From Sphingobacterium thalpophilum (GTDB taxonomy: Bacteria; Bacteroidota; Bacteroidia; B-17B0; Aurantibacillaceae): 57,774 nt of DNA. The stretch covers positions 1-57,774 of the forward strand of contig CALPON020000001.1 of assembly GCA_943325195.2 (NCBI GenBank), given 5' to 3'. A program made the position numbers and the translations under genes. This document shows positions 37,479 through 46,986 of this stretch, piece by piece; positions within the stretch are counted from its first letter, which is position 1, and each line of letters starts with the position of its first letter. The notes below the pieces were generated by a model. The model had not been told where the DNA came from. It saw nothing but the letters and a program-made list of their open reading frames with translations, and made no database searches.

Positions 37479-40400
37479 ATGAAGAATAACATTGTTTATA
37501 TATTACTTTGGATTGTCATGCCTGTTCTCCTGCGTGCTCAAACACTGACTTGCCCCAGTCCACTCATATACATGGATGGGGGATCTTTCATTAGTGTCTA
37601 CAATCCCTCCCTGCCTCTCTCTGCCACCAATCCTTCTACCACGACTATTCCCACTTTTGGCAGCGGACTTACCCTGATGCCCAATATGAACGGAGGGACG
37701 CTCAGTCCTACTTTTTATTCCACCAGCGCAGGCACATACTGGTATTGGAGTGGAACTTCTTGGGTTAACACGACCCACAGCACGGGTAATGCCTCTGCAG
37801 TGAATTTGGCTGGTTGCAACGGGACCCTTTATAACCTGGTTGGTGGATCTGGTCAAGTCTATTCCTACAATGGCACTGGCAACGGCTCACTGCTAACCAC
37901 TCTGACTACTTTTAACGGGGGCGGACCGTATGATTTACAAACGGACTGCAATTGTAATTTTTATGCACTTAATACCACGGCACCGAATCAGACCCTGACC
38001 ATGTATAGTGCTTCGGGTGCTCCGCTCTGCACGTATTCACTCAGTGGCATGCCCAATGCGAGTGCCGGTGGTGGTTTCGCCATCGTGGGAAATTTTATTT
38101 ATGTCAAGAACAATGTCTCCTCTCCCGGGGGCTTTTATATCGGTGAAATTTTGGGCTCAACTGTCAGCTTTACGTCAGTCCCAAATTTTACAAATACTCC
38201 AGGTGATTTTGCATCCTGCCCCGTATGCTATTCTTCTGCCACCATCACTGGGGCTTATGCCACTGGGGGTTTGGTTGGTTGTAGTGCTCCCAACACGACC
38301 TTAACCGCCGTTGCAAATGCGACCGGCGTGACCTATAACTGGACCGGACCAGGTATCAGCAGTGGTAATACCAATTCCGTTCTGGTGGCTTCGCAGCCTG
38401 GCACATATTCCTGCGTTATAAATGCAGGTGGATGTCCTCCCATTATTGCCACCGTAACGGCTGCCGTTGTCACTAACTCTAATATCGTGCAAGCAGCCAT
38501 TACGCCTTCCGGGAATATTTGTCTCGCTGGTGGCTCAGCACTTCAGCTTCTGGTGACGCATACCTACAGCAATGATATTATTAATTGGAGTGGTCCTGCT
38601 TTAGGCCCAGTCGTCAACACCGAATCCCTCACTGTTACTTCCGCTGGGGTTTATTCTGTTATGGTGATTGATCCCTATACCAACTGTGTGGGGGTGAATG
38701 CGGTGACGGTCACACTGAATCCCACCGTCAGCCTGAGTAGCAGCAGTTCCTCACTGTGCAACTCCGGAACCGGGGGCTCGCCCTCAAGTATCACGCTGAC
38801 TCCTTCGGGTGCAACTGCTTATACCCTTCTGACCAGTCCTAATTTTCAGAGTGTTTCTGCGAATGGCACCAATACGGTGCTAACTGTTTTGTCCCCCCTC
38901 ACTTTTTCTACGACTGGCGCGGCCACATTGATCGGGCAGACTGGATTTTGTAAAGCAAACACCACCGCTATTTTTAGCATTTATCCCAATCCGACCTTAA
39001 CACTTTCAGGTAATCAGTACAGCGTTTGTCCTGGGGACTCTCGGACACTCTCGGTAAGTGGTGCTAGCTCTTATACGTGGACGGGCGGGAACGGTTTGAA
39101 TCAGAATTCTGGAAGTACTGTTATTGCCACGCCCTCTGTCAGTTCGGTTTATTCCATTCAGGGAAGTACTGCAGGTTGCAGAAGTCAGCCGCAGGTCGTC
39201 AGTGTGGTGGTGACGCCTTTTCCGACACTGAGCATCAATCCCACGAATACCACCATCTGTCTGGGGACCTCCATAACCGTCATCGCCAGCAGCAATGCTA
39301 GTAGTGTGAGCTGGAATCCAGCTACTGGCTTGTCCTCCGGTTTTTCTCCTGTGGTTACCGCTTCACCGCCGTATACACAATTCTACACACTTTCTGCGAA
39401 CCTGAACAATTGTATTACGACTGGCACCATGTTAATTCAGGTGACACAGCCCCCTGTTGTCAATCTGGCGATGTCTAGTAACAGTTTGTGTGCTTATTCT
39501 TTTAATGGTTCTCCGATTAGTCTCAGCATAGCTGCCACCGGGGCTAATACCTATAGTATGTCTGCAAGCGGCTTTGTCAGCGTGCAGCCGGGGACGGGAC
39601 CTGTTTTTAATATCAGCCCATCAGGAACCCAAATGTCTCAGCTAAATACGGTCACACTTTCGCTGATTGCCACGACAGGGGTTTGTACGGTGAGCAAAAC
39701 GCGAACAATCAGTATTGTGCCAAATCCAAGCATCGCTATTAGTCCCCTGAGCGCGAGCATCTGTCCCGGTGCTTTGAAAGGATACACCGCCAGCGGGTCA
39801 CAGAATTATTTCTGGCTGCCAAGCGGAAATTTTACCCTGACGGGGCCTAATAGTATTTCAGCCAGTGCGCCAATGACCAGCTATTATTCGGTATATGGTT
39901 CAACAGATGGTTGCTATAGTGATACCAAAAGTTCCGTTTTACTGATTAGCCCTGTGCCCACCCTGGCCATCTCTAAATCCGTCTACACGCTTTGTGCGGG
40001 CGATGCGGTACCCTTGCAGGTTATTGGAAATGGAACTAGTTACGTCTGGTTGCCGCCGGTTGGATTAAACCCGTCGACCGGATCAGTTGTGTCCGCCAGT
40101 CCCCCTCAAACTCAGAATTATACGGTGCAGGCCACATTGAACACCTGTACTAATCAAGCGGTGACCTCGGTGAGTGTGATTTTAATTCCGACTATTGCCG
40201 CAACAGCTAGCGAGTATACTGTTTGCAAAGGCTTCTCTACGCAGTTAAAAGCAAGTGGCGCCATCAGTTATCTGTGGTTACCTTCGACCTACCTGAATCA
40301 GGCCTCTGGTAACCTGGTCATTGCGCAGCCGCTGGCCAATATGGTATATACCATTCTTGGCTTTAACGGCATTTGCACAGCTAGCAATACCTTGGCGGTC

Positions 40401-41387
40401 ACCACGCTAGATATTCCCAATTTGAAAATCGCAGGATCGCAGCCAGAAGTGTGTGAAGGCAGCCGCGCTATTCTGAGAGCAGGGGGCGCGCAATTTTACC
40501 AATGGTCCCCACTCAATTCTCTTTTTCTATCTGCTGGAGATAGTGTTGCAGTGGCCGCACCGCCCGCCAGCACCAATTACAGTGTCACAGGAATTAATAG
40601 GCTGGGGACCGTCACTTGCGCTTCCCAGATGAGTTATTCCGTTATCGTAATTCCATATGCCAAGGCCGAAGCCAGCGCGAATACAGAGATTTGTCAGGGA
40701 CAAAAAATCAACCTCTACGCAAAAGGAGGAAACACTTTTTCCTGGAGTCCTTCGGAAGGCCTGACGGGGGTGACAGGAAACATTGTCTTGGCTAATCCCA
40801 CCATAACAACGATTTATAATGTGCACGTCAGCAATAATACCTCCTGTGGTTCCGATGCAACCGTGCAGGTGACTGTAAAACCAGCGCCTACTGTAACTGC
40901 ATCGCCAGATACCACTTATAAAGTGAATGAAGTCATGCTGATTCGTGCACTGGGAACCGGAACGCTGAGCTGGCTGCAGGGAGAGGCGATTGTTTGCAAA
41001 GATTGTTTTGAATCCCGCGTATACGCCACGCACAGTGGCTGCTATGTGGTGCAGGCGGAGGGAGAGGGAGGCTGCATGGCATACGATCAGGTCTGTTTGA
41101 CCATCGAGAATGATTTTACGGTTTATATTCCCAATACGTTTACACCAAATGGCGATGGACTGAATGATTTTTTTCTGGTTTCTGGAGAAGGAATTTCTCA
41201 GACAAAATTGGCGGTATACAATCGCTGGGGTGCTAGTGTGTTTTACAGTGAAGAGGTAACGAAGGGCTGGGATGGGAAATTTAAAGGGACAGAATGTAAA
41301 CAGGATGTCTATACGTATGTCCTTAGTTTTTATGGGCTGGATCGTAAATTTTATCAAAGAACGGGGAATGTGCAGCTGATTCGTTAA
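37479..41387 (+). CDS. Large Ser/Thr-rich surface adhesin-like protein with Ig-like repeats and T9SS type B (gliding-motility-associated) CTD
   Basis: Signal peptide (LRA-Q), tandem C.G...L.A.GA..Y.W.P repeats, and C-terminal IPNTFTPNGDGLNDFF...YNRWG...WDG...VYTY...GNVQLIR. Confidence 0.9.
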   Translation: MKNNIVYILLWIVMPVLLRAQTLTCPSPLIYMDGGSFISVYNPSLPLSATNPSTTTIPTFGSGLTLMPNMNGGTLSPTFYSTSAGTYWYWSGTSWVNTTHSTGNASAVNLAGCNGTLYNLVGGSGQVYSYNGTGNGSLLTTLTTFNGGGPYDLQTDCNCNFYALNTTAPNQTLTMYSASGAPLCTYSLSGMPNASAGGGFAIVGNFIYVKNNVSSPGGFYIGEILGSTVSFTSVPNFTNTPGDFASCPVCYSSATITGAYATGGLVGCSAPNTTLTAVANATGVTYNWTGPGISSGNTNSVLVASQPGTYSCVINAGGCPPIIATVTAAVVTNSNIVQAAITPSGNICLAGGSALQLLVTHTYSNDIINWSGPALGPVVNTESLTVTSAGVYSVMVIDPYTNCVGVNAVTVTLNPTVSLSSSSSSLCNSGTGGSPSSITLTPSGATAYTLLTSPNFQSVSANGTNTVLTVLSPLTFSTTGAATLIGQTGFCKANTTAIFSIYPNPTLTLSGNQYSVCPGDSRTLSVSGASSYTWTGGNGLNQNSGSTVIATPSVSSVYSIQGSTAGCRSQPQVVSVVVTPFPTLSINPTNTTICLGTSITVIASSNASSVSWNPATGLSSGFSPVVTASPPYTQFYTLSANLNNCITTGTMLIQVTQPPVVNLAMSSNSLCAYSFNGSPISLSIAATGANTYSMSASGFVSVQPGTGPVFNISPSGTQMSQLNTVTLSLIATTGVCTVSKTRTISIVPNPSIAISPLSASICPGALKGYTASGSQNYFWLPSGNFTLTGPNSISASAPMTSYYSVYGSTDGCYSDTKSSVLLISPVPTLAISKSVYTLCAGDAVPLQVIGNGTSYVWLPPVGLNPSTGSVVSASPPQTQNYTVQATLNTCTNQAVTSVSVILIPTIAATASEYTVCKGFSTQLKASGAISYLWLPSTYLNQASGNLVIAQPLANMVYTILGFNGICTASNTLAVTTLDIPNLKIAGSQPEVCEGSRAILRAGGAQFYQWSPLNSLFLSAGDSVAVAAPPASTNYSVTGINRLGTVTCASQMSYSVIVIPYAKAEASANTEICQGQKINLYAKGGNTFSWSPSEGLTGVTGNIVLANPTITTIYNVHVSNNTSCGSDATVQVTVKPAPTVTASPDTTYKVNEVMLIRALGTGTLSWLQGEAIVCKDCFESRVYATHSGCYVVQAEGEGGCMAYDQVCLTIENDFTVYIPNTFTPNGDGLNDFFLVSGEGISQTKLAVYNRWGASVFYSEEVTKGWDGKFKGTECKQDVYTYVLSFYGLDRKFYQRTGNVQLIR
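38250..41110 (+). repeat. About 12 degenerate ~75-85 aa Cys-bracketed Ig-like repeats (protein level)
   Basis: Recurring xCxGxxxxLxAxGAxxYxWxP...YxVxG...C pattern, diverged at DNA level. Boundaries and count are approximate. Confidence 0.7.
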
Positions 41388-41411
41388 TCAGTTTGACATT
41401 CCCCGCAATTC

Positions 41412-43784
41412 TTATTTTTTCATTGCTTTCTGCATCGGATTTTCGCCTTGTGTTTGTCCGCGCACTGCTGCCGACTTGGCTTTAAATAATTCAAAGCGAC
41501 TGGCATCCTGTTTAATATTCCAGGTATTATTTTTTTCATTGATATCGGCCGTTTCACGATAAGGATCCAGCAAAATGGACGCTACTTTTTTCGACTTGAG
41601 AAAGGTTTTGCTGACTTCTTTTTCATTCTTCCGCCAAATATAAGCGCCAATTCGTTCAATGTCGGAACTACCGTCCGCGTAATTAAACTGGATAATCAGG
41701 GGCGACACTAGACCTCCTTTATTTAAGAACTTGATCTCATACAAGTACTTTTCAGCATAGCCATTAAAGAGTGAATCAGTCACTTGTTCAAGTCCTTCGT
41801 AGCGGTTGCGAACTTCTTTTGCTGCAGCAGGTACAGGTTTATAGTGGTAATAAAAGTCTCGAAGCGTTGTGTCTTTTTCGATAAGGGGAATGATACCACT
41901 TTCACGATTACGGATGGTTGTGATATAATCCGCTTCACGCGGTTTCGGCAGGGTGGTGATGGTATCCATTTTCAAAGGAACTTTTTCGCCCCGTACAATT
42001 TTCCAGGCTTTCACAGTATCAATGGCAAGGTCTACCGGTTCAATGTCATAGAACCATCCGCGCCAGAACCAGTCCAAATCCACCGCGCTAGCATCTTCCA
42101 TGCTTCGGAAAAAATCAGCGGGTTCAGGATGTTTAAACGCCCAACGATTACAATACTGTTTGAAAGCATAGTCAAAAAGTTCGCGTCCCATGACAGTTTC
42201 GCGAAGGATATTCAAGGCGGTAGCAGGCTTTCCGTATGCATTCGACCCAAAATTAATAATGTTCTCACTATTGGTCATAATGGGTTCAAGAAAATTCTTA
42301 GGCAGACGCATGTAGTCTGTAATTTTATAAGCGGGTCCTCGCTGGGAAGCATAACTAGCGTCAAATTCCCGTTCGGTCAGGTATTGAACAAAGGTGTTCA
42401 ATCCTTCATCCATCCAGCTCCATTGGCGTTCATCGGAGTTGATAATCATGGGGAAGAAATTATGACCAACTTCATGAATAATCACCATGATCATGCCATT
42501 TTTGGTTCCTTCACCATAGGTGCCATCTTTTTCTGTCCGCCCAAAATTGAAACAAATCATTGGGTACTCCATACCATTTGCTGCTTCAATACTTTGGGCA
42601 ACAGGGTAGGGGTATGCGATGCTGTATTTGCTGTAAGTCTTAATGGTATGTGCCACAACTTTGGTAGAGTATTTTCTATAAAGGCCATAAGCCTCTTTTC
42701 CATAAAAACTCATACACATCACTTTCTTGCCTTCGCAAGTCACTGGCATGGCGTCCCAAGAAAACTTACGAGAGCTTCCCCAGGCAAAGTCGCGAACACT
42801 GTCTGCTTTAAAAAGCCATGTTTTAGTTCCAGTTACCTTTCCTTTTTCTGCTTTTATTGCTTCATCTAGTGTTGCCACCTCGAGCGGTTCGGTCGCTTTC
42901 TGAGCAAGTTGCCAGCGCTTAAAACGTTCTGGACTTAAAACCTGCTGGTAGTTTTGGCACTCGCCGGTTGAGCATATCAGATGGTCTGCAGGGACGGTCA
43001 TTTTAACGCGATAATTCCCGAAGGCTAGGGCAAATTCACCACGACCGGTGAACTGTTTGTTCTGCCATCCTTGAAAATCACTATAAACACACATGCGGGG
43101 ATACCACTGTGTCATGGTAAATAAATGATTGCCGTCTTCTGGAAAATACTCATAACCGCCACGACCACCAAATTCCGTGCGATTGATCATTTTATAATGC
43201 CATTTGACAGTGAACTTTACCTTTGCTTTAGAAACGAGCGGCCGAGGGAGGTCGATGCGCATCATGCTGCCGTTGATAATATATTTCAGCGGTTTACCGA
43301 GCTCGTCGCTGACCGCATCAATTTTATCACCGAGTCCAGCTAGATTTTTAGCGGTCTCCACAGAACGCAAGGCGCTCAGTGTCAAAGGTTCACCTAGTTT
43401 ATTTTCATCAAAATAATTAACTTCGTTGGAAGGGTCATGTTGATTTTCATCCAGCTGCAGCCAGAGGTAAGTCAGACTTTCGGGTGCGTTATTGGTATAA
43501 GTAACGGTTTCGGAACCAATGACGCTGAGATTTTTTTCGTCCAGTGTGACATCAATATCATAATCCGCTTTTTGTTGCCAGTACTTTCCCCCTGGAGCAC
43601 CCGAAGCTGCGCGGTACTCATTTGGTGTCGGAAGAATACTTCCAAGCTGTTCGAACTTGTTTCCGTGATTGGAGGAAGGATTGTTCTGAATGTTCTGCGC
43701 TACAGCACTTGTGAAACTGAGACAGATTAGAGCTGCAAAAGTCTTTCTGCAGTCATAAATAGAGCGATTAGGCCTGAAAAGCAT
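41412..43784 (-). CDS. M1 family zinc aminopeptidase, exported
   Basis: NGMEYP (GAMEN-like), HEVGH and WMDEGLN motifs, with a signal peptide ending AVA-Q. The start overlaps the upstream gene by 58 bp. Confidence 0.9.
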   Translation of the reverse strand: MLFRPNRSIYDCRKTFAALICLSFTSAVAQNIQNNPSSNHGNKFEQLGSILPTPNEYRAASGAPGGKYWQQKADYDIDVTLDEKNLSVIGSETVTYTNNAPESLTYLWLQLDENQHDPSNEVNYFDENKLGEPLTLSALRSVETAKNLAGLGDKIDAVSDELGKPLKYIINGSMMRIDLPRPLVSKAKVKFTVKWHYKMINRTEFGGRGGYEYFPEDGNHLFTMTQWYPRMCVYSDFQGWQNKQFTGRGEFALAFGNYRVKMTVPADHLICSTGECQNYQQVLSPERFKRWQLAQKATEPLEVATLDEAIKAEKGKVTGTKTWLFKADSVRDFAWGSSRKFSWDAMPVTCEGKKVMCMSFYGKEAYGLYRKYSTKVVAHTIKTYSKYSIAYPYPVAQSIEAANGMEYPMICFNFGRTEKDGTYGEGTKNGMIMVIIHEVGHNFFPMIINSDERQWSWMDEGLNTFVQYLTEREFDASYASQRGPAYKITDYMRLPKNFLEPIMTNSENIINFGSNAYGKPATALNILRETVMGRELFDYAFKQYCNRWAFKHPEPADFFRSMEDASAVDLDWFWRGWFYDIEPVDLAIDTVKAWKIVRGEKVPLKMDTITTLPKPREADYITTIRNRESGIIPLIEKDTTLRDFYYHYKPVPAAAKEVRNRYEGLEQVTDSLFNGYAEKYLYEIKFLNKGGLVSPLIIQFNYADGSSDIERIGAYIWRKNEKEVSKTFLKSKKVASILLDPYRETADINEKNNTWNIKQDASRFELFKAKSAAVRGQTQGENPMQKAMKK

Positions 43785-44308
43785 AAAATAATAAATTTAA
43801 AAACACTGCCGGGTACTTTAATCACGGCGGTTAAAAGTAAGGAAAATCCGATAACTGAAATAACAATAATGTTTTGCGCGGCTTCCAGTCCTAAATTAAA
43901 ATAAACCAAAGGTAGCATCAGATTGTCTCCGCTGCCTAAAAGCGCGCGCAGCTGCATACTAAAACCCAGTCCGTGTATCAGGCCAAAAAACAAAACGCTT
44001 CCAAAGGCAAAAGGTAATGCACGTGTTTTCTGTTGCGTCCTTGGAAAGTGGATGATGGCCGACAACAAGATGGTGAGCGCAATACCTATTTCAATCCATT
44101 TTTCGGGAAGCGGCAAATCCAAGTTGATCCCGAGCAGCATGGACAGGCTATGGCCGAGGGTAAATGCGAGAATCAGCCACAGTATTTTCTTCCAGTCTTT
44201 TGGAGGGTAGCTGACGGCTAAAATGGCTAGGAAGAGGAAATGATCCAATGCCCCTGGCGCCATTAAATGCTCTGTCCCTAATTTAAACCAGATCAAAAAA
44301 TCATTCAT
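43727..44308 (-). CDS. HupE/UreJ family membrane protein
   Basis: G.EH...LDHFLFL, FTLGHSLS, FGLIHGLGF and FNLGLE..Q motifs. Confidence 0.88.
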   Translation of the reverse strand: MNDFLIWFKLGTEHLMAPGALDHFLFLAILAVSYPPKDWKKILWLILAFTLGHSLSMLLGINLDLPLPEKWIEIGIALTILLSAIIHFPRTQQKTRALPFAFGSVLFFGLIHGLGFSMQLRALLGSGDNLMLPLVYFNLGLEAAQNIIVISVIGFSLLLTAVIKVPGSVFKFIILCFSGLIALFMTAERLLQL

Positions 44309-44338
44309 TACCTTTGGCTTGTGCGAGTTGCGAAATTA
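44309..44338. promoter_or_regulatory. Overlapping divergent -7 boxes: TACCTTTG (+, 44309-44316) and TAATTTCG (-, 44331-44338)
   Basis: Only 12 bp separate the divergent start codons. One exact and one near match to TAnnTTTG. Confidence 0.5.
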
Positions 44339-44830
44339 CAATTATATCTCTTTCTGCTAGTGTTGCCTGTCCAGTTCTGCTTTACTGCCGCTCATCCTTT
44401 TTATCTGAGTGTCTGTGATTTAGTGTACAAGAGCGAAACGCAAAGTTTGCAGATTGCAGTCCGTATTTTTACCAACGACCTGGAGACTGCCTTGAAAAAG
44501 GCAGAAGGTAAAGCAGTAGATCTTTATCATCCGGCCGATTCCCTCTCATTAGAAAAGCAACTTAATCGGTATGTTCAAGCCTGTCTGAAAATAAAGATTA
44601 ATGGTCAAGAGCAGCCGATGAGTTATTTGGGACACGAGCGGGAAGCCGAATCCTGCTGGCTGTATTTTGCTATCGCAGATTGTCCAAAACCCGTGCAGTT
44701 GGATTTAAAAAACAGTCTGCTCTACAATAGTTTCCGACAACAGGCCAATATTATTCAAGCAGAAGTGGATGGAATTAAGAAAAGTCTGCGTCTAAGCTTT
44801 CCCGAGGTGAACGCCTCATTCCTTTTTTAA
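44321..44830 (+). CDS. DUF6702-like exported protein
   Basis: Signal peptide then HPFYLSVC, RIFTNDLE.AL and N.LLY..F.QQ.NII motifs, plus its position next to M1 and HupE genes. Confidence 0.7.
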   Translation: MRVAKLQLYLFLLVLPVQFCFTAAHPFYLSVCDLVYKSETQSLQIAVRIFTNDLETALKKAEGKAVDLYHPADSLSLEKQLNRYVQACLKIKINGQEQPMSYLGHEREAESCWLYFAIADCPKPVQLDLKNSLLYNSFRQQANIIQAEVDGIKKSLRLSFPEVNASFLF

Positions 44831-44955
44831 CGCTCTTTCACAAATGTATAACCTTGATTTTTAATGCTTTACCCAATTGTTGATAACTTAAAACTCAAGG
44901 AGAAATTTCTGATTTGCATTAGTAACAAAAAGTGCAATCTTTGCAATTCGTCAAA

Positions 44956-45927
44956 GTGAAAAAGCTAATCAGCATATTGTCAATTCTTTGCGTTGGATTT
45001 CTAAATCTGAATGCGGGCCTTATTTCTTCTCCGGACGAGAAGAAGCCAGGTGATGATAAAAAGGCAAAAGCGAAGCGGGAGGATACCACGAAGTTGGTGA
45101 TTAATCAGAGTATCAGCAGTAATGAAAGTGAGGATGAGGAGAGTCCCGATACCCTTCAGATTCTTTTCCCGAGTCATGACTTATATGCCAGTTGGGATAC
45201 CATTTCAGCGCATCCTTATAAGTTCAGTGAGATTTTCAAAGAGGACAGCGTCTGCATTCAATTGACGACGGGGCAGGATAATGGTTTTGTGATGCCTTTC
45301 CGTGGCCCCCTTACTAGTCTTTTTGGATGGCGAAAGTACCGTCCTCACTACGGAACGGATATTAATCTGGAAACTGGCGATACTGTGGTGGCTGCTTTTG
45401 ACGGAATGGTGCGTGTTGCCAAGGTTTATCACGGCTACGGGAATTGCGTAATTATCCGTCACAATAACGGACTGGAGACCGTTTACGGCCACTTGTCTCG
45501 CATTTTGGTGGAGTCTGGTCAACAAATTACAGCGGGACAGTCGCTCGGTTTGGGTGGCAATACAGGTCGTTCCTATGGAAGTCACCTTCATTTTGAAATG
45601 CGCTACCTCGGTCAAGCGCTGGATACGCAGGATTTTATCGATTATGAAAAAGGGGAGTTAAAGGCTCCGAGTTTTGTACTCCGTAAATCGGACGTAGAGA
45701 ATAAATATGATTTACGTGCACTGCACAACCGGCACAAGCACGACGTTGGCATGGCTCGCGGAAAAAGTGGTGCTGCCGGAGCAGGTTCTCGTTCCTACCG
45801 CGTAAAAAAAGGTGACAATTTAAGTATGATTGCCAAGAGAAAAGGCACTACGGTCAAAAATCTTTGCCGTAAAAATCACTTAAAACCAAGTTCCCGCCTG
45901 CGAGTGGGCCAGTTAATTAAGATCTGA
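44956..45927 (+). CDS. M23 family peptidoglycan endopeptidase with C-terminal LysM
   Basis: HYGTD, GYGN, YGHL, NTGRSYGSHLHFE and LysM YRVKKGDNLSMIA motifs. GTG 44956 taken as start. Confidence 0.9.
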   Translation: MKKLISILSILCVGFLNLNAGLISSPDEKKPGDDKKAKAKREDTTKLVINQSISSNESEDEESPDTLQILFPSHDLYASWDTISAHPYKFSEIFKEDSVCIQLTTGQDNGFVMPFRGPLTSLFGWRKYRPHYGTDINLETGDTVVAAFDGMVRVAKVYHGYGNCVIIRHNNGLETVYGHLSRILVESGQQITAGQSLGLGGNTGRSYGSHLHFEMRYLGQALDTQDFIDYEKGELKAPSFVLRKSDVENKYDLRALHNRHKHDVGMARGKSGAAGAGSRSYRVKKGDNLSMIAKRKGTTVKNLCRKNHLKPSSRLRVGQLIKI

Positions 45928-46071
45928 GGAGGGCTTCAAGTGTCCGTAACCTATTTTCTTCTTTGGTAAGTGAATCTTGCGGGAGTGTGATCTACATAAC
46001 ACCTCAAAGCGAAGGACTAAAACTGCTGAGTGCGAAGTACCTCAACGTCAGAATTATTGAAATTAGATTTT

Positions 46072-46932
46072 TCAATAGCGAATCTGACAACCCGGTAAAA
46101 GGATTTTCAATTTTTCAAGTTCCTCCGCTGAAAGTGGATTTCCTCTCAGGTCGAGCACCGTTAGATTTTCAAGTTGGGAGATACTGTCGGGAAGCCGCTG
46201 AATCTGATTTCCGCGAAACGAAATAATTCTAAGGTTTTTTGCTTTATAGATATCGAATGGCAGCTCGCTCAGGTGATTATTTTCGATGACGAGTACTTCC
46301 AGATTCGGTAGACGTTCCAAATGATGACTCAGAAACCAGGTATTCGTATTACTTAGATTGAGATAGGTCAGATTGGGGATGCGGAAAATTTCTCGAGGAA
46401 AGCTATCCAAAATACAATTTTCAATACTCAGGTCCTTCAGGTTTTTTAGATACCGAAGTGTGACCGGCAGTCGCACTGTATCCTCTGTGTTTCCAAATTT
46501 AAGCGATTGAAGGCGGCTGAGATAGGCAATTTTGGCGGGAATACTGTCGATAGCCGTATGTTGCAGTTCCAAGTACTGAAGATTACGGAAATTGCTGACA
46601 TTTGGAAAAGTATTCAGCTTGTTATTATAGGAGGCAAAATAAGCCAGATTACTCAGGTTTTCAAAACCAGGAGGATAGTCCGTAACTCCGTTCCCGCTCA
46701 ACTTTAAAGCCTGAAGATCGCTGAGTTTACTTAATTTTTCGTAGAGTTTTGGATCCAAAGCCTGATAGCTCAAATCCATTTTAAAAACCTTCCGTTCCTG
46801 TTTTAGAGCTTCTTTCAGGTCCTTTGCAATTTCTGAACCATAGGGTCCATACTTATCAAATTCATTCTGCGCTGTCGCTAGCATAAGCGTCCCGCAAAAA
46901 AACAGAGAAAGACTATGTTTGAGATTTACCAA
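46072..46932 (-). CDS. Exported leucine-rich repeat protein
   Basis: Signal peptide and about nine 23-aa LRRs (e.g. LPDSISQLENLTVLDLRGNPL). Confidence 0.88.
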   Translation of the reverse strand: MVNLKHSLSLFFCGTLMLATAQNEFDKYGPYGSEIAKDLKEALKQERKVFKMDLSYQALDPKLYEKLSKLSDLQALKLSGNGVTDYPPGFENLSNLAYFASYNNKLNTFPNVSNFRNLQYLELQHTAIDSIPAKIAYLSRLQSLKFGNTEDTVRLPVTLRYLKNLKDLSIENCILDSFPREIFRIPNLTYLNLSNTNTWFLSHHLERLPNLEVLVIENNHLSELPFDIYKAKNLRIISFRGNQIQRLPDSISQLENLTVLDLRGNPLSAEELEKLKILLPGCQIRY

Positions 46933-46986
46933 TTTATTTAATTAGCCAGCAAGGTGCAAAAAATCTCTTGGTTTTCAAGCAAGTGC

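Noticed and set aside
40527-41357. 276-aa minus-strand ORF antisense to the adhesin
   Set aside because: Shadow of a strongly supported coding region, with no protein-like motifs.
41784-42869. 361-aa plus-strand ORF antisense to the M1 peptidase
   Set aside because: Shadow ORF with no recognisable motifs, fully inside a well-supported gene on the opposite strand.
43727-43784. Possible frameshift at the HupE/M1 58-bp overlap
   Set aside because: Both frames give complete, plausible proteins (M1 has an intact signal peptide from ATG 43784), so no lesion is needed.
45986-46001. CRP-box-like sequence TGTGATCTACATAACA
   Set aside because: It is two mismatches from the E. coli consensus core but lies between convergent 3' ends with no promoter to regulate, so it is likely chance. 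Revisit only if an sRNA is found here.
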